Source of the DNA: Octopus sinensis
Taxonomy: Eukaryota
Assembly (NCBI RefSeq): GCF_006345805.1
Contig: NC_043007.1
Location: 49,414,001-49,478,000, forward strand
DNA length: 64,000 bases
Direction of reading: 5' to 3'
In this document: in pieces, positions 42,072 through 54,603 of the stretch
Position numbering within the stretch: position 1 is the stretch's first letter
Layout of the letters: every line of letters starts with the position of its first letter
Notes under the pieces: model-generated
What the model was told of the DNA's origin: nothing
Databases searched by the model: none
What the model saw: only the letters and a program-made list of their open reading frames with translations
Position numbers and translations under genes: made by a program

Positions 42072-45000
42072 TAGTTTCAGCTCAGAGCTGCGGCCATGCT
42101 GATGCACCGCCATTTTGTGCTACACTGTTATTACGAAGAACCTCGTCTAATATGTGGTACTTGGTGAAGAATGAAGTTTGATATAGCTACTCTCATTTGC
42201 ACTTCTTGCCGTGAGGTAGGCTCATCTGGGACTCCTGACAGGAAGATGTCCAGCTTTGATTTAAAATCCACTACATCTACTTTAAGCAACTTCCTCAGAC
42301 TCTTTGGGAGAATATTAAAAAGCTGTGGGCCCTTGAAACCCGGGCTGTTGCACAGAAGCTGGTCCTGAAGCGTGATGGCATTGCTGGGATCTTTGGCAGT
42401 ATGCAGTGTCGTCCCGTTCTAGCATTGGTGTAGCTTACAATGCCAAAATTTGGCACGATTCCTTCCAGGATCTTCCAGACATATATTACTGCATACCTCT
42501 CCCGTCTTCTCCTCAGGGAGTAGAGTCTTAGCTGTTTCAACCTTTCCCAGTAGCAGAGCTGTTGCAAAGAGACGATCTTCTTTGCGAATCTTCTCTGGAT
42601 TGCTTCAAGGTCCGCTGTTAATTTTACACTAGTGGGTGACCATAGCTGTGAGCAGTAATCCAGGCGGCTGAGGACGAATGTCCGCCAGAAGACCATCATG
42701 GTTTCCTTATCTCTGGTTCTGAATGTTCTTAGGATCCACCCAGCCAGTCGTCTGCACTTTGTCGCCATCCTGGTAATGTGCACTTGGAAAGAGGTATCAT
42801 CACTCATGTCGATACCCAGGTCCCTCACAGACTTAGGCTTTGGGATTGAAATTCCCTGTGGACCGGTATATCCTGTAAGTTTAATACTCAGTTTTGGACG
42901 CTGGTAGCGCAGGGCCTGGAATTTTTCAGCATTAAACTGCATATTATTATCCTCAGCCCATCTGTAGATTGAGTCCAACTCCTGCTGCAGGTGTGCAACA
43001 TCGCTGAGGTTCTGTATTTTCTGCGAGGCTTTCGTATCGTCTGCATAGCTGGCCAGAGTGGCTATCCGGGCATTTGAGGGCATATCTGAGAGGGCCACTA
43101 TAAAAAGCAGTGGTCCCAAGACAGTGCCCTGTGGAACACCGCTCACTATTTGTGTGTTCATAGAGGTGACTCCATTAACCACTACTGCCTGACTCCTATC
43201 TTTCAGGAAGTCATGTAACCACACTCCAAGTTTTCCAGCTATGCCGAGGTCACGCAGTTTGTGGCATATCATACCATGATCCACCTTGTCAAAAGCTTTT
43301 GCAAAATCAAGGTAGATTACGTCCACATTTGATTTGTTGAGTAACTGCCTCAACACCCAGTCATAATGTTGTAAGAGCTGGGTCAGGCAGCTCCTACCTG
43401 GTCGAAAACCATGCTGGGTATCACTCAGCAAGTTACTTTCCTCAAGGAATGCGATTAGTTTCTTTCTGACTATCCGTTCCATGACTTTGCTGATGTGTGA
43501 AATCAGAGAGATAGGCCTATAGTTTTTGGCATCTGCTCTACTTCCCCTTTATGTATTGGGCATATTATTCCCTCCTTCAGCTTGCTTGGCAGTTTGCCAT
43601 TCGCAAGAAAGCTCTGGAAGAGAATCTTGAGGGGTTTTGCCAGGGCATGCTTACACGCTTTGGGGAGGATGACTGGGAAACCATCTGGACCAGCAGCTGA
43701 GTTCGTGTCCACTTTATCTATGGCTTGTAGGACATCTTTTTCGCTAATGTCAATACATTCTATTGTAACCGCCTCGCTGGTTATAGGTGAGGCGGCAAAG
43801 AAGTCCACTGGTTCGTTCACTTGTCTGTGTTCCAACGGGGTGGTAAAGACACTTTTGAACTGGTCATTCAGCATCTCACTGATTTTAGTTGGACTGTCTG
43901 TGAGGGAGCCATCCTTTTGGAGGAGGGGTCCTATCTTGTAGTGCAATGAGACTGTTTCTTTCGCATAATGAAAGAATGCCTTTGGGTTTGATTTAATGTT
44001 TTTTATAACCCAGGCTTCTTTCTCCTTCACATAGGATTGTTGCAGCCTTTTTTCGATCTCCATCAGTGTTGTTTTTAGACGGGACGTTTCGCTACTTTTG
44101 GGATGTTGGTTGAGACGATTTGCAACCTTCGTCCGTCGTCTCATGAGGATCTTCCTGTCTCTTGGAATCTTGCTCCTATTTGTTTTGGCCTTGTGCCCTG
44201 GGACATATTTCTGACATACGGCTTGCACAGAAGACGTGAAACATTCTAGTTTCATGTCAATGTCTGGTGTGGAGAGACATTCCGGCCAGTCCTCTCTGAG
44301 GATCTCTTTTTGGATCGATTTCCAATCTGCTTTGTGGAAGTTCAGATTGGAGAGATTTCGGGTGCTTCCTTTAGGCTGTATGTCTCTGGTTACTTTTGGC
44401 CCAAACATAGACAGCTCTATTATGTTGTGATCCGAAACTGATGTCGGTGTCACTTTCACATCATGAATGATGTCCATATTGTTCGTGAAGCAGAGATCCA
44501 GAATGTTATTCGCCCTAGTTGGCTTAAGTACAACTTGCTCCATGAATAAAGCATTGCTGAGGTTGAGCAGGGACTCCACCTGTACTTGCTTGCAATGATT
44601 CATTACTGAGAGTATGTGACCTTCGGGCCATTTGACGATGGGGAAGTTGAAATCACCCATAAGAAATATGGTCAGGTGGTGTTCCAGATTCATGAGGATT
44701 TCTTTAATTCTTGTGAGGCAATCTTCAAACTTGCCTGTGTGATTTGGGGCATCCAGTGGGCAATATGTAGTGCATATGACTATATTATGTTGTCTTATGT
44801 ATACAATTAAAGTGTCACATACCGAATTTGAGTATGTCATTAAGACCTGGGGTGTGAGGTCATCTCGGATGTATACAGCAACTCCACCATGGCTCCTTTC
44901 CCTTCTGTCTGTTCGCAGTATGGCATAGTTTGGTATGTGTACTTCTGCGTCCTCTATATCAGGGCTGAGGTGAGTTTCCACAAGTGCTATGCATAGGGCT

Positions 45001-45480
45001 TGATTGCATGCAGTAAGATCTCTCAGGAAAGAAATTTTGTTTCTATTTTGATACAACAGGCCCCCAATATTTAGTAAAAGTATTGGGGTGACGGCTGTGC
45101 AGGCGTTAGGGGAGGCCATCCCGTGTCTGTTGACTGTGGTGGTCTTGCATAGTGGTGGGCAGGGTTCCTTCTCTGTGCTTGGTGTAGCCAAGTTAGCTGC
45201 CGGACAATTCTTTGCGCCATGCATAAAAAATACTCTTGCTCAGCTGCTGCGTTGCGCAGAACATCTGAGGAGCGCACTTCGGTTTTGAAAGTTTTCCTGG
45301 GAGACATTTCTTGTGTTCCCTCGGTAAAGTTTTTCTCTTTGAGTCCCCTGAAGTTCTGACGGGGTGTCGGGTGGGTGAACCGGCAGTTTTTGCCATCCTC
45401 TATATATATTTAGCGAGAAAGGGAGGTTACGAGAGGAAATGATGTCCGAGAGACCCAAAGGTATCAGGTAATGCTGAATA
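42071..45480 (-). mobile_element. CR1/L2-group LINE, near full-length ORF2 (APE plus RT) with a frameshift near 43.5 kb
   Basis: APE motifs ETHL, RTDR...GGVA, MGDFN, LDL; RT motifs QHGFRPGRSC, YLDFAKAFDKV, GVPQGTVLGPLLF, YADDTK; 3' tail ends in (TA)n. Confidence 0.95.
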
Positions 45481-45499
45481 AGTGCTATGGATAGACCAT

Positions 45500-48495
45500 A
45501 ATTAAGTTCCAGGTTCGGTGATTATGTGAATAAGGGGTCCAAATTAGGTCATATATCAGCGTGTGTATATAAAACTTTTTTCTGTAATGAGATAACAAAC
45601 CAAGGCTGAGTAGATTTTAGAAAATTTATAAATAGAATGTCTTACAGCTTTTTCTAGGATATTTATTATATCCCTTCATCGGAGACGGTGTGAGAAGATG
45701 GTTAAGCAATAGTTAATTTACATAAGATATAAAATAGAGAGTTAGGTGGAGGAAACAAAAGAAAATAGGTGTGAGATATGCAGGGATATTGTCTTTGTAG
45801 ATCCATTATTTAGGCAGAATGGTATACATATAAGATTCCAATACCTTATAAGTAAAATCCAATAGTATTTAAAATTGGTCATTCCAAGTACAGAGTTTAT
45901 AGACAGTGTTATTGAATCAAGGATTTTATTTAAAGCGACCTAAAAGTAGGGAATGTATTAGTAAGGTCAAATCGAAAACAAGAAGAGAGGAACAAAGAAA
46001 GAGAAAAAAAGAGTAAAAAGAGAAAAGAAAGAGAAGAAAATAAGAAGAAAAATAATAAATAATGGAAAATAAAAATTAAAAATAAAGAAAAAACAGGAAG
46101 AGAAGAATAAAGAAAAGAAAGAAAAAAGAAAAAGGAAACACAATGAAGAGATACTAAGGCAAAGTGTACCAGTTAGTGGTCAATTGAGAAGTAGCAATGG
46201 GGAGAGAAGGGTGATAGAGAGAGAAAGGTATTAGAGTGTAAAAAGATAGGAGTGGGGGTGATAGAGGGAGAGGTATAAAAAGTAAAGGAGTGTCACTTGT
46301 GCAGTGATACAGTCTAAGTGATGGGGCAGAGAGAGAGAGGGTAGTAGTATGGAATGAAAAATTCAGGAATTTGGGTGCTTGGACAGGTCAGTGCTTAGTA
46401 GTAGAAGGAAATATATATGTGAAGATGTATACATATGTATATATTAGACAGATATTTATACATATCAATATCTACATATACAACTCTTACTCGTATGCAT
46501 ATGCACACATGCGCACCCATATATACGTGTATCTGCATGTATTATCGCTCCTGTACACGCAGGTATATATACCTTGCATGTGTAAGTACATTCACACATA
46601 CACACATACATACATACATACATACACGCATACACGGACACATACATATATACGCACATACGCATGGATGCACATACACACGAATATGATTAGATGGTTG
46701 TGATATTCAAGCATAAGTGAGGAATTAGATAGGGATTAGGAGTTAAAATGTAGATTTATAAGGTTATTGGGATTACCTAAGGGGTATTGCGGAAATGTAC
46801 TGTATGGTCGTTTAGGCATTTGTATTTGTGGTAGAATTTGAATGTGTGAAAAAAACGGTTGTTGCATGTGTTTAGTGCCTCATTATATTTATTTAGCAGT
46901 GCTGGAGAGTTGTACTTTAATATGTGAAGTGCCTTCTTGCAGGTTGAGCGTTGACTTCGGTAGGGAAGCCGAGAGTCCAGTATGAACCATGACAGAGTAT
47001 AGGGTATATTTGTATTTTTGAGATGATGTATGTAGTTGGCGAGTGTTGTATATTTACTATGTTTACTGTATTTAAAAGAATGGAGGTGAGTGGCGTAACG
47101 TTGCTTGCAATTTTTGGTTGATCCTATGTATATGGCTGTGGAGTTGTATTATAGATTGAGGACACTGCATTTGTAAATTACATTATATCTTCTGCAATGG
47201 GTTTGTAACGGACAGATGGTTCCAGGACGGCAATTACAATTAGGTGAATTGTGGGGACTGTGTTCAGTAATAGAGGAGGTAATATCGTCAAAGAGGTTAT
47301 AGAAGGGGTTAGAAGATTCTATATTATTAGTATTATTAACGTTATCATTACCATCATTGCTATTATTACTATTGTTGTTATTAATTGTACTATTTGTAAG
47401 GGCGTTAGATATTGTGGCGGTGTTCCGGGCAGTGTCAGTAGGGTGAGTTGGGTTGTTGTTGTGGTCTAATGTAAGGGTATCTGTGCTGGAGCTGTGTGCG
47501 TGTTCGTATTACTAGAGTTGTAGTTAATGTGAGTTTTGATCGAAAAGAGAGACCTTTTGCTTATTAGAGTCAGCTACAATAGAGTTAAAGTTGGGTGAGG
47601 TAGAATAAGATAGTTTCGGTGCGGATCGATTAAAGAGAGAATGATATTTATGTTGTCGAGGGAAGTTAGAGTCTAGCATTCTAAAGAAGGATTTAGCTAA
47701 GTTCTTAACGTTTAGTTAGAATGGGGGTGTGTACCACAGAATAGAGCGTCTACCACTTTTTAGGAGGTCTGGGAGTAGTGCTATCTAAGTTTTTAGATAA
47801 AAGAGTGCTATCTATATTTTTGAGGAAGGTATGTGGGTGGCGAGGCCTTTTGTTGTTAGCTGTTTTAGTTGTCTTCGTTTTTGACCTAGTGTTAAATGAA
47901 TGTGTATGTGGTCTACGTTGCCTAGGTGTAAGACCTTCCAGGGTTCCATCGACGAGTGTGTGTAGTTGGTTGCGATTGTGATGGTTGGTGCATGTTTGAG
48001 ATGTGATTTGAGATATGTATTGCTTGAGCCTGGTGTTATGGATGTATTCTATTTGTTGGGGAAAAGCCACTAGTGGCGAGTGCTTGATTATAATATGGTG
48101 CGTGATTATTGAAATTTTCTTCAGTGGAAGAGAGGTCGGATATGCGGGTTGAGATACCCTTGATTATGTTATCGAAAGTGGATTTGTGGTGATTGGAGTG
48201 GATGTTAAGATATTTAAGGTATTGGTTAGGTTTGTGGTAAGGTGAGCATTGGGAGGTTGATAAGTTTAAAGTTGCGTCAAGAAAATTAACAGTTTTGTGA
48301 GCGTTTTCGAATGTGATGGAATAGGCTGTTGGTTAGAGAAGAATTTATGTAGATCCTTTCTAGTTCTTTCTAAGGAAGATTTATTTATGCTTTTAGTAAC
48401 TAATAAAGCGTCGTCCCTGTATAGGCCGCCCTTGATTCTAGGGAAGTGTATATGGAGCTGATGTAGTATGTATAGTCCAAGTCAGTGACCTGGGG
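45500..48495 (-). mobile_element. degraded Penelope-like element (RT C-terminus, GIY-YIG, 3' pseudo-LTR)
   Basis: GGLYRDDAL, NFLDATLNL, PYHKP...HSNH, LWYTPP, IYIGST; degenerate hammerhead at 45639-45686. Boundaries approximate. Confidence 0.8.
45639..45686 (-). ncRNA. degenerate minimal type I hammerhead ribozyme of the PLE pseudo-LTR
   Basis: GTCT-CCGATGA-AGGGATA taataaa TATCCTA-GAAA-AAGCT-GTA-AGAC. Two core changes relative to CTGATGA and GAAACAGCTGTA. Confidence 0.65.
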
Positions 48496-48563
48496 TGAAT
48501 TGGATGATCCCATGGTTATGTCGAATAGGTTGCTATGGTAATTGCTATGGTTATTCCATAGCA

Positions 48564-48611
<48 letters not shown>

Positions 48612-49570
48612 GGAGTTAAACGCAGGTGTTATTCAAATTATTTTACTTCCGAAACATGTTTTGAAGATATCACTGGTATTATTCTAAAGAAATAAAATGG
48701 TGTAAACAATGTAATTTTTTCTTCAGGGAAGTGAAGAAATGAAATTCGTCAATAAGACATTTTAACAGAATATGATGGATATGTATAGTGATTAACTGAA
48801 CGCTATTAAGATTGTTTCAAAAAAAAAAAAAAGAAACGTTATAGGATATAATGTCAAAGGTAGCCTATAGAAAGAGGAGGAATAAATGAGAAGTATATGA
48901 CTATATGTATATTAAATAAAACCATATAGACTTGGAAAAAGATATATCTAGTGAATGTGAAATGTAAGAAGAAAATTAATAATCAAATTATATATAATGA
49001 TAGATATCACTTATGTGAACTAAAGGTGTGTTTCTGCCTGTGTTTACATCGGTATGCATTGAAGCTGTGAAAATTATGGAGAAGTGTAACTTACAAATGA
49101 AGACAGAACCACTTGATCCTAATCAACCTCGGTTTATTTTGAAAGATCATAAACAAAATTTTTTAATAACCCATCGTCAAGACTTATCTGTCTTTCTAGC
49201 TCTGACATCGGTGTACTTAGTATTCTAGATAAATATATTCTTACCTTAGTTAAGAAATTAAAACTTAGTTTATGGTCCAATTCATTTCAAGTAGTCGACA
49301 GGTTTAGTTCTATTACTAATAAGAGGAGCACTAAGTTTATCCAGTTTGACATTTCTAGTTTTTATTCCTCCATCAACTAAATAGTACTTCATGAGGCACT
49401 TTGGATTGCTCAAAACAAAGCTGGTCTCACCAGGGAAGAAATTAATGTTGTGTTGGCCAACAGATCATCTATTATAAAATTTGACAATAAGTTGTGGGTC
49501 CGTAAGGATACACCAGATGGTTTTGATGTTACGATGTAAAGTTTTGATTCGACACAAGTAGCTGATTTAG

Positions 49571-49622
<52 letters not shown>

Positions 49623-49727
49623 AGTACATTAAAAGGCTTCCAATAAAGAAGCAAGTGCTAGATACACAAAGAGGAGATAAATTCATGAAATGGAAGGAAA
49701 ATTAAAAACGTTTACCATCTCAGCCAA

Positions 49728-49802
49728 TCTTGTACTGCAGTTTCGTCTTTTTTTTAGCAAATGGATAGAATTCATCTGCCAAGGCCAGACTCGTCAGCAA
49801 GA
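49728..49802 (-). ncRNA. type I hammerhead ribozyme, copy 1
   Basis: UCUUG-CUGACGA-GUCU...AGAC-GAAAC-UGCA-GUA/CAAGA; predicted cut between 49733 and 49732. Confidence 0.88.
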
Positions 49803-50162
49803 AGCCTTTATAATCCAAGCTATACATATCGCTAGAAGTACGTGCAAATCTAACGATTTGTATACTCTAATTTTTCAGACCAGTGCGCAGACGCAAACCA
49901 TACCCGGCGAACAGAGAGCATGCCGGTAAAATTTAAGAGCATATTCATCGAGCAATATTTAAAACATAGTAAAAAGGGTAATAAAAATAAATTATTATTA
50001 CCAGCGACCTTGCACAAAAGACAAATTAGTCATTAGACTATATGTTATTCATATATAAGTACATTAAAAGGCTTCCAATAAAGAAGCAAGTGCTAGATAC
50101 ACAAAGAGGGGATAAATTTATGAAATGGAATGAAAATCAAAAACGCTTACCAACTCAGCTAA

Positions 50163-50237
50163 TCTTGTACTGCAGTTTCGTCTTTTTTTTAGCAAATGGA
50201 TAGAATTAATCTGCCAAGGCCAGACTCGTCAGCAAGA
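50163..50237 (-). ncRNA. type I hammerhead ribozyme, copy 2
   Basis: Same intact core; predicted cut between 50168 and 50167. Confidence 0.88.
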
Positions 50238-50556
50238 AGCCTTTATAATCCAAGCTATACATATCGCTAGAAGTACGTGCAAATCTAACGATTTGTATAC
50301 TCTAACTTTTCTGACCAGTGCGCAGACGCAAACCATACCCCGCAATACCATACCCTGGTATTAATAATTTATTTTTATTACCCTTTTTACTATGTTTTAA
50401 ATATTGCTCGATGAATTTGCTCTTAAATTTTACCGGCATGCTCTCTGTTCGCCGGGTATGGTTTGCGTCTGCGCACTGGTCTGAAAAATTAGAGTATACA
50501 AATCGTTAGATTTGCACGTACTTCTAGCGATATGTATAGCTTGGATTATAAAGGCT

Positions 50557-50631
50557 TCTTGCTGACGAGTCTGGCCTTGGCAGATGAATTCTATCCATTT
50601 GCTAAAAAAAAGACGAAACTGCAGTACAAGA
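50557..50631 (+). ncRNA. type I hammerhead ribozyme, copy 3 (inverted)
   Basis: TCTTG 50557-61, CTGACGA 50562-68, GTCT/AGAC stem II, GAAAC 50615-19, TGCA loop, GTA, CAAGA 50627-31. Confidence 0.88.
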
Positions 50632-50828
50632 TTAGCTGAGATGGTAAACGTTTTTAATTTTCTTTCCATTTCATAAATTTATCCCGTTTTTGTGTATCTA
50701 GCACTTGCTTCTTTATTGGAAGCCTTTTAATGTACTTATATATGAATAACGTATAGTCTAATAACTAATTCGTCTTTTGTGCAAGGTCGCTGGTAATAAT
50801 AATTTATTTTTATTACCCTTTTTACTAT

Positions 50829-50868
<40 letters not shown>

Positions 50869-52770
50869 TTTTTGAAAAGGCAGAACAGTTCCCAAACATA
50901 AATGGAGGTCTATATCATGATGATTGTTTACTTTGCCTTCAAAATGTTTAAGAATAGTTTAGTTAGGTTTTTCCTTAGAATGGGCTTAAGCATAGTTTTT
51001 GATGATGATGTAACAAAGGTCAACTTTTTAGATATTACCCTTAACTTACACAATAACTCTTATTTCCCATACCACAAACCATCGACCAAGTATATTAACA
51101 AAATCAGTAATCATTCTAGGGCAATTACTAGGAACTTAGTTAAGAATATTTAATTTAGATTGTCTAAGTTATCTGCTAATGTTGACATTTTCAGTGATAA
51201 GGCCGAATTTTTAAACTCTGCCTTACTTAAAGCAGGTTAAACAGATAAATCTACCTACGTTAATTCAATTCAATCTTATTCTACCTTTATTAATGTAGAT
51301 ATAAAATCTGGCTGTAAGGATATACACGATATCAATTTTAATTTATATACCAAAACCAAACAGAGGAATATATTTATATAATCCCCAAACAGAGGAATAT
51401 ATTTATTTAATCCCCTATTTTCGTTCTAATCTATGTCTTTCAAGAATATTTGCACCAAAAATAAGGTAACAAATAGTAAAACCATTTGGTTAATTATTCC
51501 ATATGGGAGGCAAGTTAAATCTAATCTTCCTTTGCAGTTTCGTGAAGCTATTATTAGGAATTTTCAAAGAATTCTAAGGTATTACTCTATTATCAACTCA
51601 TACACGATCAGGATTGATTTTTCCAACACAAAAAATATCTTACAAATTATCTCTTCACATAGTTACTAACCATTACTAACCTGTTAAATATTGATACATT
51701 TACTAATACTAACATTAATTTAGCTAATACCATCCATCCCCCTAGAAATATTAATAACAAGGTTGTTGCATCTGAGGTCAATTGCAACAGAATCAAGTTT
51801 ATGTCAAGTAACTCTAAAATTAAAAATTCTATATACCAGTGTAAAATTACTACTGGTAATGAAGTATTTTTTAAATAGGAAGCACATTTTCTCAGTTATC
51901 TAAAATAATTTCTAATCATTACTCTACATTTAGGGATAGGAATAAACGAAACAGTACAGGGTTTAGTAAATTAATTTGAAATCTTTTAAGACCACAATTA
52001 CAATTTAATTTAGATTGGTTGATTCTCTCAACCTCGATACCTTATAACAAAGGCAAGGAATTCTGTCTTCTCTGTAATTCTGAACTATTTTTTATTCTTT
52101 TTTCTAAAAATTCCCTTCTAAACACGGTTGTAGAGCGTGCAAACCGATGTAAACATCGGCAGAAAGACACCCTTAGTTCATATATGTGATATCTATCATT
52201 ATATATAATTTGATAATTAATTTTCTTCTTACATTTCACATTCACTAGATATATCTTTTTCCAAGTCTATATAGTTTTATTTAATATACATATAGTTATA
52301 TACTTCTCATTTATTCAGTTTTTCTTTCCTTTATCCCTCCTCTTTCTATAGGCTACCTTTGACATTATATCCTATAACGTTTCTTTTCTTTTTTTTTTTG
52401 AAACAATCTCAATAGCGTCCAGATAATCACTATACATATCCATCATATTCTGTTAAAATGTCTTATTGACGAGTTTCATTTCTTCACTTCCCTAAAGAGA
52501 AGATTACATTGTTTTACACCATTTTATTCTTTGGAATAATACCAGTGATATCTTCGAAGCATGTTTCGGAAGTAAAATAATTTGAATAATACATGCGTTT
52601 AACTCCATTTATTTATTTATATATATTATACAAAAGATTTCACGTAAACCCTACGTTTCTACCTTTAAAAACAAGGAATTAGAATCTTTTTATGGTGTGA
52701 TTTTTTGCTACCCTTGTAACTATTTAGGTATTTTTGCCGTGTTAATTTTTAACAAGGGAAAAATACACAC

Positions 52771-52856
<86 letters not shown>

Positions 52857-52867
52857 ATATATATATA

Positions 52868-54072
52868 CAGACATGTCAGAAGTAAATAAACACTCCATAA
52901 CGCATCATTTTATGTTTATTTCAACATAAAAAGGGTTTCTTAATTGACATTCTTATGACTCAGATTCAATATGTGACAGTTTAATCTTGCCACGTACGAA
53001 AAGAACCCTTGGAACTGTTCGAATTTCAAAGAGGCCTCATTGTGGGTCAATCTGCAGGTGTACTTAGTGTTAAATCGCAGAAAACCTTGGGATTCTGCTT
53101 TCTACAGTTAATAGAGCTATTGTGCTTTGCACCAGAGAGGGAAAGTAATCCACACAACTTCGCCCAGATGGAGTAGGGCACTCAGGTATGACCCTACTCC
53201 AGAAAAGGAGTGGAGGATAATCTTCGTTGCAAGTAATTTGACATAACTGAACAAATTGATGTCAGTCCCAGAAGAGCTACCAGATATTTCTACAAATTTG
53301 GCTACTATGGTAGAGCAGAAAAAAGGATGCCATCTCTCCGACCAGCCAATATAAAGTGGAGAAAAGATCGGTCCAGTGAGATCGTGGAGAGGCCACTAAC
53401 ATTTTGGGACACTGTCATATTCTCTGATGAGTCCAGATTTGCTATATTTTCTGGAAGTGGCCGCGTGCGTGTCTGGAGACTCTGTGATCAAAAGTTTGAC
53501 GTGAAAAGATTACAATAAACTATGAAATACGATGGCTATTCTTTGATGGTTTGGGGAGCAATGGCCGATCAGAGCTGGTGGAGTATGAGAGAAACATAAA
53601 CTCAGATAAATATGTGTAGAAAGGACTCCTTCCAATCTTCTCTAGAGTTAAATGATTACAAAAGACTATTTGTAGAAGGTAGGGCTCCTTGTCACACGGT
53701 TAAAAAGACCCAATATTGGTTTGAAGACAGTGGCGTTAAAATGCTTCCATGGCCAAGCCTGTCACGCGATATGAATTGGATACCTCTAGGGCATAATGGA
53801 CAGAGCACTTCATAAAAAGAACAAGAAAACATCCTCAAAGCGAGATCTTTTGAGATTACTCCATGAAACTTGGCAAGATATTCCTCAAGAAAATATTCGT
53901 CATCTGCTCAGTAGCATGCCTAATAGGGTCCTTGCATTGAAAAATGCAAGGGGCATGTCTATTAAATATTGGATATTCACATTATAGTAATGAATAATTA
54001 ATAAATGATTTGAAATTATAATTTCAGATTTAAATAATTTAAACGATTGTCTATTTACTTCTGTCATGTCTA
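52868..54072 (+). mobile_element. degraded Tc1-like DNA transposon
   Basis: TIRs cagacatg(t/a)cagaagtaaata(a/g)ac in TA context; VIFSDESRF, RAPCH, WPSLSRDMNWI motifs. Confidence 0.88.
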
Positions 54073-54406
54073 TATATGGGGTTATCTGATGATGATGATG
54101 ATGATGATGGGTTTGTTAGAGCAAACCCACTTCTACTCAATTATTGGCCAAGCCGAAACAATTCACCAGACCAGTGTGTAGTTGCATCGAACCCGGTATC
54201 CATGGTAACAAAAGAAACTTCATAACCAAAAAGCCATAGAAATACTCGATCCAGGTTGACTGGTCGCTAGACAGCAAAAATATTTCTCTTTCAATATCGT
54301 ATATAATTTTAACCGTTGAAAGATATGTCTGAAAGCGAATGTGTTAGTGAGACAGAAAGGAAGAGAGGTGTAGGGGAAATAATATCTAAAATATTAACAT
54401 TCTTAC

Positions 54407-54603
54407 CTCTATCACAAAAGAGATATCTTTATTTGCTGAGTAGTTGTGTCCATTAATACAGGAGAGCTCATCTGTAATATTTTTCAAGCCACGAAATATG
54501 TTAATGTGACACTTCTCATAACTGATGTCATCGTATGACGTCACGTTGTATATGGACAGCTGTTCCACCGAGAGATCCTTGCATTGATGATCTGGAGTGT
54601 AAC
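54407..54603 (-). CDS. SLC22 transporter exon 2 (large extracellular loop)
   Basis: tttcag|GT TAC ACT CCA GAT CAT CAA TGC ... GTG ATA GAG|GTAAGA, 197 nt. Contains loop cysteines and N-glycosylation sequons NVT, NIT, NYS. Confidence 0.9.

Larger units (their letters stand above)
49621..50832. mobile_element. retrozyme-like element: 435-bp hammerhead-containing unit, 1.65 tandem copies plus about 1.1 inverted copies, flanked by (TA)n
   Basis: Unit repeats at 49621 and 50056 (period 435); inverted copy 50356-50832; each copy contains an intact hammerhead core. Confidence 0.85.
48608..52610 (+). mobile_element. degraded Penelope-like element flanked by inverted ~450-bp pseudo-LTRs
   Basis: FIQFDISSFYSSI, FDVTM.SFDS, GLYHDD, LDITLNL, SNH, GIY-YIG remnants; 48608-~49056 is the reverse complement of ~52138-52610. 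Confidence 0.85.

Noticed and set aside
49690-49929. 79-aa ORF (MEGKLKTF...) repeated at 50430-50669
   Set aside because: Repeats only because the retrozyme unit repeats; antisense to the ribozyme, with no recognisable domain
49621-50340. CRISPR-like or satellite interpretation of the tandem repeat
   Set aside because: Eukaryotic context, 435-bp unit without unique spacers; better explained as a retrozyme
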